In this document: one piece after another, positions 28,499 to 38,109 of the stretch
Layout of the letters: the number at the start of each line of letters is the position of its first letter
Position numbering within the stretch: the first letter of the stretch is position 1
Assembly (NCBI GenBank): GCA_037310415.1
Contig: CP147780.1
Coordinates: 1,664,001-1,728,000, forward strand
Origin: Candidatus Atabeyarchaeum deiterrae
GTDB lineage: Archaea; Asgardarchaeota; Atabeyarchaeia; Atabeyarchaeales; Atabeyarchaeaceae
Direction: 5' to 3'
Length of the DNA stretch: 64,000 nt
The notes under the pieces: model-generated
The model's input: the letters and a program-made list of their open reading frames with translations, nothing else
Database searches by the model: none
What the model was told of the DNA's origin: nothing
Position numbers and translations under genes: made by a program

Positions 28499-29869
28499 AT
28501 GGGCAGGAACGAAAAGCAGCGCGCTACTATTATCGGAGTGGTTGCAGCATCATTTCTGACTGGCATCAAGCTATTTGCGGGCATAATAAGCAACAGCCTC
28601 GCGGTACTGGCTGAAGCCGCGCATTCCGCCCTGGACCTTGCCTCGGCAGGTATTGGTTTCTTCGCTATAAGAGCTTCTGATAGACCCGCAGACTCCGAAC
28701 ACATGTACGGACATGGCAAAGCAGACACAGTGGGGGGATTCTTTGCTGCACTATTGCTGCTCGTAACTTGCGGCTGGATTATGCTTGAAGGAATCAACAG
28801 GCTGCTCTTCTACAGCGTGGTCTTGGATATTACTCTCTTGACGTTTGTCGTGATTGCTGTCTCAATAGCAGTGGATAGTGAGAGAACCTATGTGTTCCGC
28901 AAGATAGGGAAGAAGACAGGCAGCCCGACCATTCAGGGAGAATCCCTGCATTTCGCGAGCGATATCGCAAGCTCAGCGGCCGTACTTGGTGGACTATTCT
29001 TTGTAACCATGGGCTATACGACTATGGATACTTATCTAGCACTGGCAATTGCCGTGTATTTCGGGTATACAAGCTTGCGTCTGATGGCGGCAAGAATCAA
29101 TGATCTTCTGGATAAGACACCAGCTTTGCTTCGCACCCAAGTCGAAGAAGTAGTCAGCAAAGTCAAGGGAGTGAAGAGGTCTGAACGTATTAGAGTTAGG
29201 AAAAGCGGTTCCAAGGTGTTTGTAGACGTGGTGGTGGATGTCGACCCTAGAATGTCCTTTGTTGCCTCCCATTCAATTGGTTCCGCTGTTGAAGATGCTG
29301 TGACAGAGAAGTTCAAAGACAGCGACGTCTTAGTGCATGTCAACCCGACCTCGGGTCGCGAAGATATCCTAGACACGATCAGAAGGATAGCTCTAAATGC
29401 GGGGGCGGAAGGAGCTCACGGAGTGGACATAGAATCCTACGGCAACGATCTGCGTGTTAGCTTACACTTGGAGTTCTCTCCCTCAACCAAGATCGGTGAA
29501 GCGCACAAAATCGCCTCCAATATAGAGACCGAAGTCCGTAAGGCTTTACCTAAGGTTACCGAGGTGACTACTCATATCGAACCAGACGAGCAGGAGGAAG
29601 GCGCGCTCGAGACTGAGAGCAAGGGGGCTGCTGATGAGATCCGCAGAATAGCTATGTCCCAGAGGGGTATAGAGAGTTGCCATAATGTTTTCGTGGCTAA
29701 GGTTGGAAGCGAGTTGCATGTGACTATGCATTGCACATTTGACGAAGGTCTCACAGTAAACAGAGTACACCGGTTAATCTCGGACTTGGAAAAGGAAATA
29801 AAGAGCAACATGAGAGACGTTGGAGATGTAGTAATTCACCCAGAGCCTATCCAGCCAAGGAAAAAGTGA
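28499..29869 (+). CDS. Cation diffusion facilitator with three cytoplasmic dimerisation-type domains
   Basis: AHSALD, HMYGHGK, HFASD, then three repeats ending VHVNP / THIEP / IHPEP. Confidence 0.92.
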   Translation: MGRNEKQRATIIGVVAASFLTGIKLFAGIISNSLAVLAEAAHSALDLASAGIGFFAIRASDRPADSEHMYGHGKADTVGGFFAALLLLVTCGWIMLEGINRLLFYSVVLDITLLTFVVIAVSIAVDSERTYVFRKIGKKTGSPTIQGESLHFASDIASSAAVLGGLFFVTMGYTTMDTYLALAIAVYFGYTSLRLMAARINDLLDKTPALLRTQVEEVVSKVKGVKRSERIRVRKSGSKVFVDVVVDVDPRMSFVASHSIGSAVEDAVTEKFKDSDVLVHVNPTSGREDILDTIRRIALNAGAEGAHGVDIESYGNDLRVSLHLEFSPSTKIGEAHKIASNIETEVRKALPKVTEVTTHIEPDEQEEGALETESKGAADEIRRIAMSQRGIESCHNVFVAKVGSELHVTMHCTFDEGLTVNRVHRLISDLEKEIKSNMRDVGDVVIHPEPIQPRKK

Positions 29870-30052
29870 TCTACCCAACGAATAGAGAAACAACTTCTAT
29901 AGACCTAGAGGATCTGGCTCTGATGGTGGCTCTATTCTACTCAGCATTCTATTCTAGCGGAAAAGCGCAAGGCATGCCGTTGGATAGACTTATATGAGCA
30001 GAGTGGCGCACTCAGTTGAACGCTGTAAACGGATCATGTTTGGTTAACAATT

Positions 30053-30847
30053 TTGGAAATGGCTAAGGTCGAAGGCGATAGTATGAAGGACAATCCAATT
30101 GTCAGAACCATATTGGCGCATAAGTCGATTCGGAAATACACTGAAGAATTGCCAACTGACGAGGTGATAGAGACAATCGTCAGAGCGGGGCAACAAGCGC
30201 CTTTTGCATCTCAGTATTACAGCGTGCTACTGTCAAGAAATGCAAAGCATAACCCTTGGCATGCCCCCCTACTATTCACAATCTGCATTGATTCTCATAA
30301 ATTCGAATTGATCATGGCAAAGAGAAACTGGAGACTTCTAACAAATGACTTGGCGTTGCTTTTCTTTGGAATACAGGATGCCTCCTTGATGGCTGAAAAC
30401 ATGGTCGTCGCAGGCAGGAGCCTGGGACTTGGAAGTTGCTTTCTTGGAAGCGCGATGTTCAGGGCAGACAAGATCGCAGAGGAATATAAACTGCCGAAGA
30501 GAGTCTTTCCACTGGTGCAGCTAGCAATGGGATTTCCTGCCGAAGATCCACCGCCAAGACCACGTTATCCAATTGACTATTCACTGTTCGAAGACAAGTA
30601 TCCAGAACTAGACGACGAAAAGATATCAAGAGCGATGCGGGCCATGGATGAAGGATACCTTGCACAGGATTACTACAGAAAAGCCAAGGCAAAGATAAAG
30701 CTAGAGGGAGATCGGAGAGAAACTTTTACCTACGACAATTACAGTTGGACGGAGCATATCTGTAGAAAGTGGGGTCAATGGTACCCAGATTCGAAGGGGC
30801 TTCTTGAACAACTCGAAAAAAGAGGATTTCTCATCACTCGAAAGTAA
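30053..30847 (+). CDS. Nitroreductase family protein
   Basis: HKSIRKY, QQAP, SLGLGSCFLG, MGFP, RPR. Confidence 0.88.
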   Translation: MEMAKVEGDSMKDNPIVRTILAHKSIRKYTEELPTDEVIETIVRAGQQAPFASQYYSVLLSRNAKHNPWHAPLLFTICIDSHKFELIMAKRNWRLLTNDLALLFFGIQDASLMAENMVVAGRSLGLGSCFLGSAMFRADKIAEEYKLPKRVFPLVQLAMGFPAEDPPPRPRYPIDYSLFEDKYPELDDEKISRAMRAMDEGYLAQDYYRKAKAKIKLEGDRRETFTYDNYSWTEHICRKWGQWYPDSKGLLEQLEKRGFLITRK

Positions 30848-30940
30848 CACCGATTGCGCCCGACTCTACTGACTGGGATTTGAAGATTGGCTACTAAATA
30901 AAAAGAAGAAGGGCGTGTGCATCGTGTTCTGATGGGCATT

Positions 30941-31678
30941 TCACTTTTTCAGAAGTCTAATGTTGTCTTTGTCGATTTTGGAAACTATACCTTTCTGCTC
31001 AAGTAGCTCGATTGTTCTAGCTGCGGTAGCAGAATTGATCTTGGTCGCCTTTTTGAGGTCATCGATTAGTATCTGTCCGTTCTCCTTGATCAGCTCCGCA
31101 ACTATCGTGACTTCAGGAGGCTCAGACTCTGCCTCAATCAGGAGGAAGTCTGTGATCGGCTCCTTTTCCGACAGCTCCTTGGTTTTTTGCTGGAACTCGT
31201 TTTTCTGCTTCTCGAGGTCCTCGAATTCCTTTTCATTTGATTGTTTCATATTCTCGAAGTTTCCGCGGAGGTCAGTCGTTTCCTTGCTGAGTTTCTCAAG
31301 TTCTGCCTTGAGTGTTTCGATCTTGGTCTTGTACTGGTCAAGCGTGTTCTGTGCCTTCGCGATTTCCTTTTGGGTGGAGACTATTTCAGAAACTGCTGAT
31401 GATCTCTTCTTCTCCACTTCCTTGCTTTTCTGCTCAAGTTGACTGATCTCGGATTTCAGACCCTGTCTTTTTTCTTCTAGTCGAGAGATGTCATCATCGC
31501 GCGTGCGCATCTTTCTATCCCATTCTTCGAGTTCGATGTTCACTCTTCCCGCCACTTCTGCCACTTTGCGGCTTTCACTTGAGAAGGTATCTCGCGCCCT
31601 TAGGATTGACTTCTCTAGGTCGGCTATCCTCAACTCGTGTCTGCTTATGAGTTCTCTTATTTTCTCAATTTCGGACAT
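30941..31678 (-). CDS. Long coiled-coil protein with C-terminal winged helix
   Basis: About 170 aa of E/K-rich heptads, then PEVTIV...IDDLKKATKINSATAARTIELLEQKGIV. Confidence 0.8.
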   Translation of the reverse strand: MSEIEKIRELISRHELRIADLEKSILRARDTFSSESRKVAEVAGRVNIELEEWDRKMRTRDDDISRLEEKRQGLKSEISQLEQKSKEVEKKRSSAVSEIVSTQKEIAKAQNTLDQYKTKIETLKAELEKLSKETTDLRGNFENMKQSNEKEFEDLEKQKNEFQQKTKELSEKEPITDFLLIEAESEPPEVTIVAELIKENGQILIDDLKKATKINSATAARTIELLEQKGIVSKIDKDNIRLLKK

Positions 31679-31706
31679 TTGAGTTCATCCTCCTATCTTT
31701 TGTCTC

Positions 31707-32450
31707 TCAAGGTTCCAAGGGGCGGAGAGCTTTGACTTCTCCAGCCTTCGAATCGTACTGCAGTACTGTCTTCTTGACAAGCTTTTTCACCAAGGACTCG
31801 ATGTCATTTCTTTTCAACTGTGTCGTTGTCTGAAGATGCTCCATGGTTGTCGTAGGTTGGTCGCGTATAGCTTCTATGATCTTGAGTTCAGGGAACGAAG
31901 CGGCCTTCTCCTTCATAAGTAGTTGGAGAGCCTTGTGCTTAGCTTCTTTCGAGGCTAGATCGAATTGTGCTTCATCATGGGATCCCCTTAGTGATCGGAT
32001 GTCGGAGTCATGTTTCTTCTTGATTGACTGTATTTCAGATCCCAGCTTGTCTGCTTCACGTTTATTGTCACTTATTGACCGCTCTAGTTCATTCACCTTC
32101 TTAGAAGCGCTTTCGCACTCATCTTCGGTGCTGGCCAGCGTTTTCTTGAGCTCTTCCAGCTTGCCAATTTGCTCCATGCCAGAAGTCTTCTCTCCATAGG
32201 TGGATTGCATCAAGGATTTCTTCTTCTCGAGCTCTGTGATCTCTTTTTCGATTTGAGCTTCCTTCTTTGTCTTCTCATCCTCAATCTTGCTTCTGTCTTT
32301 GACTCTTGACTCGAAGTGCTTTACAAGGTCTGAGGTTGCATTCAGCCCATCAGATATGTTATTAGATTCCTTGTTCACTGAGGCAAGCGCGTCCTTCACC
32401 GCTGCTTTCATTTTGTTGAAAACAGTCGTTAGATTTGAAATCTCGGACAT
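31707..32450 (-). CDS. Long coiled-coil protein with C-terminal winged helix (partner of adjacent gene)
   Basis: Heptad repeats, then PELKII...TMEHLQTTTQLKRNDIESLVKKLVKKTVL. Confidence 0.8.
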   Translation of the reverse strand: MSEISNLTTVFNKMKAAVKDALASVNKESNNISDGLNATSDLVKHFESRVKDRSKIEDEKTKKEAQIEKEITELEKKKSLMQSTYGEKTSGMEQIGKLEELKKTLASTEDECESASKKVNELERSISDNKREADKLGSEIQSIKKKHDSDIRSLRGSHDEAQFDLASKEAKHKALQLLMKEKAASFPELKIIEAIRDQPTTTMEHLQTTTQLKRNDIESLVKKLVKKTVLQYDSKAGEVKALRPLEP

Positions 32451-32729
32451 ATTAGGATCATACTCCCGTTTCTACCCGGATGGATATTCGTGAGAAGCTT
32501 GATGGTTAAACGCATATTTAAAACCCAAGTTTAGGGTCAGAGTATCTCCTTCGGGTGTTGCGTAATTTGCAACCGTGTCAAACTCTCTTTCTCAAACAGT
32601 AACCATTGGCTACATGAGCAAACCGCGCTATGTCAGCAAAAAGGGTCGTGCATATTCAACGTTATGACAAAACTTAAGACAAAGACGATCCATTGATAGT
32701 GGGCGGGGAATCTAGGGTGTGAATTCGCC

Positions 32730-33497
32730 ATGCCTTTTGTGAATATCGATGGCTTGAAGACATACTACGAATCAAAAGGAAAAGGAAAACCACTGATCCT
32801 AGTACATGGAGCAGGTGGCGCGAGCACGTACTGGTTTAACCAGCTTTCTGCGCTGTCAGAGAAGCTTTGGGTTATTGCGATTGATCTCCCGGGACATGGA
32901 AAATCAGAGCCTTTGAAACGAAAACCAACCATTGAGCAGTATGCTGACCATACAACTGACTTAGTTAGAAACATGAAACTTCAGAAAGTCGTACTACTGG
33001 GACATTCAATGGGCGGATTGGTGGCTCAGCAAATGGCTTTAAAGAATCCGGAACTCCTGGAAAAACTCATCATTGTGGGCAGTGGCCCTAAGCTACCTGA
33101 AACACCTTCTGCAGTTTCGTCACGCAGTGGGCTCTCGTTCGATACTAAAACACTTGCGTCTTCGCTTTTCTCGCAGAAGACCCTTAGAAAGATGGATGCC
33201 GTTTCATTGATGAAACAGATAACCCAGGGGATGGATCCGGATTTCGCTCTGAGAGTCTTGATGCTCGATTTTGAACTTGCAGGCACAGCTGACTTTGCTA
33301 AAAGACTCAAGGATATCAAGATTCCAACCCTAATAGTACATGGTGCAGATGATATTATTCCGATATTGTCTGCTAAATATCTTCACGAAAACATTAATGG
33401 ATCCAAGCTTGAGGTAATTCGAGATGCAGGGCACATGGTCATGATGGAGAAACCAGACGAATTCAACAACGCCATTCTGAGGTTCATCGAGAACTAA
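32730..33497 (+). CDS. Alpha/beta hydrolase
   Basis: HGAGG, DLPGHG, GHSMGG, GADD, AGH. Confidence 0.92.
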   Translation: MPFVNIDGLKTYYESKGKGKPLILVHGAGGASTYWFNQLSALSEKLWVIAIDLPGHGKSEPLKRKPTIEQYADHTTDLVRNMKLQKVVLLGHSMGGLVAQQMALKNPELLEKLIIVGSGPKLPETPSAVSSRSGLSFDTKTLASSLFSQKTLRKMDAVSLMKQITQGMDPDFALRVLMLDFELAGTADFAKRLKDIKIPTLIVHGADDIIPILSAKYLHENINGSKLEVIRDAGHMVMMEKPDEFNNAILRFIEN

Positions 33498-33552
33498 TCC
33501 AACTTACTGCTCCATGAATATCAGCTATGAAAGGAAAAGCAAGAGTCTGGAA

Positions 33553-34644
33553 CTACAAGGAAGGGAACTCGTATCCACTCAGGCTTAGTTCAGATTTCAT
33601 TGCTAACAAATCATTTAATATGCTTTTGTTGATTGGGATCCCTGTTTTTCGTCTCTCAATCTCCATATAGTACTCTTTTTCTCCCGCGGTGTAGATACGC
33701 TCTTCGTCTGGCGATTTCTTTGAGTTTCTAAGTGCCCTGCAGATATCCCCTGCTCTCTTCTTGAAATCATCAAGGCCAATAAGGCTGTCAACGTCGATTG
33801 CGATGAAGAAGTGCCCGAGTAAGTAGGTCTTGGGGTTGTTTAAGTCTTTCATGAATGGTCCACCCCATAGTGCCGATGAGAGAATTTCAACCGCGGTGGC
33901 ATAGCCATATCCTTTGTGTCCTCCCAGAGTCTCGCCGGGACCACCTAAGGGGAGAAGTGCGGCTATTCCTTTGGTCAATCCGTCGAGAATTCCAATGCTA
34001 TCAGTGAGTGGTTCACCATTTTGGTCTATGACCCATCCTTCAGGTATGGGTGTGTTCGTTCTTGCCAGCGTCTCGATTTTGCCTCGTTGAGTTATCGATG
34101 TTGCGCAGTCGATGAGGAAGGGGAACTCTTCGTCTGTTGGGATTCCAATTGTTAATGGGTTGGTGCCAAGCATCGGTTCAACGCCAAAAGTCGGAGGTAT
34201 TGATGGTCTAGCATTGGTGATTGTGATCCCAATCATTCCCTCTTTGATAGCCATCTGAGAATAGTAACCTGCAATACCAAAGTGAGTCGAGTTGCCAACC
34301 GAGACTGCACCCGTTCCGTTCTTCTTTGCCTTCTTAATTGCCATTTCCATGGCCCGGTATGCTGCAATATGTCCCATTCCGTGACCAGCATCTAGCCTCG
34401 CAGTGGTTCTTGTTTCTTTGACAACTTTAATCTTGGTGACTGCCGACTGGACGCCTGTCTTGATGCGATCATAATACATCCTGAGTCTCTGAACGCCGTG
34501 TGACTCAATGCCTCGCAGGTCTGATGTGATCAGCACTTCCGCGCAGATCTCGGCATCCCCTTTAGGAACGCCTATTCCAACGAAAACGTCTTTCATGAAA
34601 GACTCCAGGGTTTTGGCGTCTATGATGATACTTCTTTCATTCAT
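33553..34644 (-). CDS. Ldh_2 family oxidoreductase (malate/L-lactate/L-sulfolactate dehydrogenase type)
   Basis: DLRGIESHG, NSTHFG, GTNP, DCATS, GGHKGYG. Confidence 0.92.
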   Translation of the reverse strand: MNERSIIIDAKTLESFMKDVFVGIGVPKGDAEICAEVLITSDLRGIESHGVQRLRMYYDRIKTGVQSAVTKIKVVKETRTTARLDAGHGMGHIAAYRAMEMAIKKAKKNGTGAVSVGNSTHFGIAGYYSQMAIKEGMIGITITNARPSIPPTFGVEPMLGTNPLTIGIPTDEEFPFLIDCATSITQRGKIETLARTNTPIPEGWVIDQNGEPLTDSIGILDGLTKGIAALLPLGGPGETLGGHKGYGYATAVEILSSALWGGPFMKDLNNPKTYLLGHFFIAIDVDSLIGLDDFKKRAGDICRALRNSKKSPDEERIYTAGEKEYYMEIERRKTGIPINKSILNDLLAMKSELSLSGYEFPSL

Positions 34645-34871
34645 GGCAATTGGCACTCCAAAACACGAAGTTTCCACAATGTGTCTGAGGTTGATACGGT
34701 AGAAACTCTAGCCTATAAATTTAGGTGGTTGGTCTTATGAACTGGTGTCCCTCTGAGTTAGTGGAAAGTGAGCTATGGTCTTGCCAGAGAGTTCTGGAAT
34801 GCTTCGGACCTTCAACAGAAACCGAAAGAGACTAAAAACATGAGCGTATTGAGTACCTTGGAGGTGTCTTT

Positions 34872-35390
34872 GTGGCGAAAATTTTGATCGTTTATGATTC
34901 TAAGTCTGGGAATACAGAGAAAATGGCTCATGAGGTAGCCGAAGGTGCCAAGATGGATGGCGAAGTTGAGGTTCTGGTAAAGAAAGTGGAAGAGACAAGC
35001 CTCGAGGACTTGACGCACACAGATGGAATCATAATGGGCTCACCAACATATTACGGACAAATGTCATCGAAACTCAAGGCTCTCATAGATACAACGGTAA
35101 AAATACACGGAAAACTCGAGGGAAAGATCGGCGGAGCTTTCACAAGCGCTGGTGGAACGGCAACCGGGGCCGAAACTGCGATACTCTCTATATTGTATGC
35201 GATGCTTGTGCACGGAATGATAGTCCAAGGACGTTCAGATAACAAACACTATGGGGCTGCATGCGTCGGTCCTCCTCGAGACAACGATGTGAAGAATTGC
35301 AGAGAACTTGGCCACAGGATTGGGACACTGGTCAAGCGACTAGCAAGTTCGACTCCAATTGAGTCACCTGGCAAGGTGCGGAAGAAGTGA
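34872..35390 (+). CDS. Flavodoxin / WrbA-like NAD(P)H-dependent oxidoreductase
   Basis: YDSKSGNTEKMA, GSPTYYG, GGAFTS. Confidence 0.9.
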   Translation: MAKILIVYDSKSGNTEKMAHEVAEGAKMDGEVEVLVKKVEETSLEDLTHTDGIIMGSPTYYGQMSSKLKALIDTTVKIHGKLEGKIGGAFTSAGGTATGAETAILSILYAMLVHGMIVQGRSDNKHYGAACVGPPRDNDVKNCRELGHRIGTLVKRLASSTPIESPGKVRKK

Positions 35391-35449
35391 AGAAGTAAGA
35401 ACGCCATGCCTTTCTGAAGACTAAAGCTGGATAACAGTATTCTTCTGGT

Positions 35450-36670
35450 GTGTGGATCGCCTTGAACAGTTTCGGTCTAGTAGTCAATCCAGTTGCGGGA
35501 TTGGGCGGCCGTGTGGGACTCAAGGGAACAGATGGAGTTGTAGAGGAGGCTCTGAGAAGAGGGGCTACGGCTCTTTCACCTTCGAGAGCCGTGGAGTTCC
35601 TTAAAGCACTGAAACCTGCTTTCAGCAAGGAAGCCAGATTGCCTCGCATTATTACGTGGAAAGGCCCAATGGGTGAGAATGAGATCAAAGCAGCCGGACT
35701 AGAAGCTTCAGAAGTGCTGCAAATTCCATCTCTCAGAACTGCAAAAGGAACTCAAGCTGCCGGGGAGAGCAATTCGCCATACTATACGACAGCGAAAGAA
35801 ACCAAATCAGCTGTTCGCCTTTTTACAGCTAGGAATGTTGATTTGATAATTTTTGTTGGCGGAGACGGAACTGCAAGGGATGTGATGGACGCCTTGAGTG
35901 AATTGGAGTCCGAGGGGAATCAACTATCTCTTCCTCCTGTCCTCGGTGTTCCTTCTGGCGTAAAGATGTACAGCGGAGTTTTCGCGTTGAGCCCAGTCAA
36001 CGCAGCCGAGATGGTCGCATTATATGCTGAAGGGAAAGCTGAAGTTGCCGACTTGGAGGTCATGGACATTGATGAGGAAGCATTTAGGAACGACCAGCTC
36101 TCAATCAGGCTCTACGGCTATATGAAGTGCCTCTATGTGCCCATGATGAGTCAAGCAAGCAAAGAGGTATCGCCCGACGTACTCGATGAAAAGGAGAATC
36201 AGAGAGCGATAGCGAAAACGATCATAGAGAAGATAGATCCAGATGGGCTCTACATACTTGGACCAGGAACGACCGTCAAGACTCTTTCAGATCTTCTGGG
36301 TTTGAAAAAGACGACTCTTGGAGTAGACTTGTACTTCAGGGGGAAGATGATAGCGCTGGACGCCGATGAAGAAACCATCTTGAATGAGATCAACAAACAT
36401 GGTGGCAAGAGAAACACATGGATTGTAGTGTCGCCTATCGGGAGGCAAGGAATTGTTTTTGGTAGAGGAAACCAACAGGTGAGTCCAAAAGTGATAATGA
36501 AGATTGGCAAAGACCACATCATAATCGCGGCGACGAAGACTAAGGTTAGGGATCTTGATGGTGGATGCCTTAAGGTCGACACAGGAGAGAATGCTGTTGA
36601 CAATATGCTTAGAGGCTACACGAAAGTCTTGACGGACTACAGGGAGTGGAGAATGCTAGAAGTACGATGA
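35450..36670 (+). CDS. ATP-NAD kinase family protein (AcoX-like)
   Basis: VNPVAGLGGRVGLKGTDG, GGDGTARD, GVKMYS, GRGNQQ, VDTG. Confidence 0.9.
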   Translation: MWIALNSFGLVVNPVAGLGGRVGLKGTDGVVEEALRRGATALSPSRAVEFLKALKPAFSKEARLPRIITWKGPMGENEIKAAGLEASEVLQIPSLRTAKGTQAAGESNSPYYTTAKETKSAVRLFTARNVDLIIFVGGDGTARDVMDALSELESEGNQLSLPPVLGVPSGVKMYSGVFALSPVNAAEMVALYAEGKAEVADLEVMDIDEEAFRNDQLSIRLYGYMKCLYVPMMSQASKEVSPDVLDEKENQRAIAKTIIEKIDPDGLYILGPGTTVKTLSDLLGLKKTTLGVDLYFRGKMIALDADEETILNEINKHGGKRNTWIVVSPIGRQGIVFGRGNQQVSPKVIMKIGKDHIIIAATKTKVRDLDGGCLKVDTGENAVDNMLRGYTKVLTDYREWRMLEVR

Positions 36671-36726
36671 GGCTACAAACATAAAAATAGGAGTCCAGTA
36701 GTAGTTATTTCAAAAAACAGAGAATC

Positions 36727-37197
36727 ATGGGAGTGTTTTTCATGTCAGCGAAAGAGACAAAAAAAGAACATAAGGGCAGACTTCGCACAGCTTTCTTCTT
36801 GGCTTTGATCGGCGGCATCTTAATGCTAATAGCAGGAGCGACAGGGGGCATTGGAATCTACGCATTCGCCTACACGGAGATTTCGCTGTACTACCCGCAG
36901 ATAGCCGGCTTAATCGGAATAATCCTACCAGTTCTAACTATCATAGCTTCATTTGGCGGCGCAGCGGTTATCGTTGGTGGATTTCTTCTTCTGGGTGGAC
37001 GAGTGACCACAGGCAAACTACTCATCACCCTGGGAGCTGGCTTCGGGTTGCTGGGTCTGATAATAGGTACAGCTTCAGGATTAGCTCAAGGTTGGGGGTT
37101 GCAGGCTAGCATTATAGCGGTCTTTGCAACTGGCACGACGATCGGCTGGGTTGGCATTTTCCTCTCCATATTTGCAAGATTTGCAGCTAAGAAGTGA
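36727..37197 (+). CDS. Gly-rich four-TM membrane protein
   Basis: Four hydrophobic, Gly-rich helices. Confidence 0.7.
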   Translation: MGVFFMSAKETKKEHKGRLRTAFFLALIGGILMLIAGATGGIGIYAFAYTEISLYYPQIAGLIGIILPVLTIIASFGGAAVIVGGFLLLGGRVTTGKLLITLGAGFGLLGLIIGTASGLAQGWGLQASIIAVFATGTTIGWVGIFLSIFARFAAKK

Positions 37198-37563
37198 TAC
37201 GGCGTGCATGCAGAGGGAGAAATGCTCAACTTCCGAGACTAGGTCACATCGACGCGGTCAGGCAGCGCACAGCCAGATAGTTGCTTGACTCTGCTCGCAT
37301 TCCCTTAACCCCTTTCTTTTTCTTTGACTGGAAGTCTAACCGATTTCTCTCCAGACCGCACTTTCGTGAAATGATACAGAAGTTGATTAGGGTGGTCCGG
37401 CGAACTCCAAACCTCAAGATGTGATTCTCGCAAAAATGCCCTTGATCAGAACTATGAACATGAGTAGAGTATATATCTGGGAGATTACTATCTTCTTAAA
37501 TGCAATTTACGAAATAGACGAGTTAAGTTCAATCCATATGTCTGATAAATCCATCTGGAGGCT

Positions 37564-37755
37564 TTGTTTAGCTTGCCAAAAGATCTTAGGGAACCAGGTA
37601 AGGATTCTTCTGGGAGTCGGGTCGTTTGCCCGAAATGCGGTTCAACTCAAGTTCGGAGTGGAGACGAAAAAGGCAAGGTTATGACTTATATTGGTGGCAT
37701 GCCAGTCTACAAGAAGCTCTGGGTTTGTAGGAACTGTGGACATCAGTGGGGGTAA
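37564..37755 (+). CDS. Small Zn-ribbon protein
   Basis: CPKCGS...DEKGKVMTYIGGMPVYKK..VCRNCGHQW; GGAGG site. Confidence 0.7.
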   Translation: MFSLPKDLREPGKDSSGSRVVCPKCGSTQVRSGDEKGKVMTYIGGMPVYKKLWVCRNCGHQWG

Positions 37756-38109
37756 GCTAACGCAACTTCCACTTCTTGACAAGGAAGTACCACATTTAGC
37801 CTAAACTTATATTGTTTACCGAAGAAATCCTTGGCAGAAGCTCCGCACTCAGTTGATATCTATCTGCACCTCCACCTTTTTGGAGTCTCTTTTTCCGAGA
37901 ATCATTCTCCTGATTTGTCTTCTTATATTCTGTGTTAAGATCATATTCTGCGTTGGTCCTGAGTGGACACTGTATACAGTCATCCTCAAAGCAGACCCGT
38001 GCTGGCGCGCAGGAAGTTCAACATTACTGCGTAACTATATAGGGCGGATGCATTCAAAAAGCCACATGACCCGCACAGGATTAGATTAGGTAAGCAGCCC
38101 GTCGCGAAA

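Noticed and set aside
30941-32450. SMC or ESCRT-III assignment for the coiled-coil pair
   Set aside because: There are no Walker motifs or hinge, no recognisable Snf7 helical pattern, and no Vps4 nearby.
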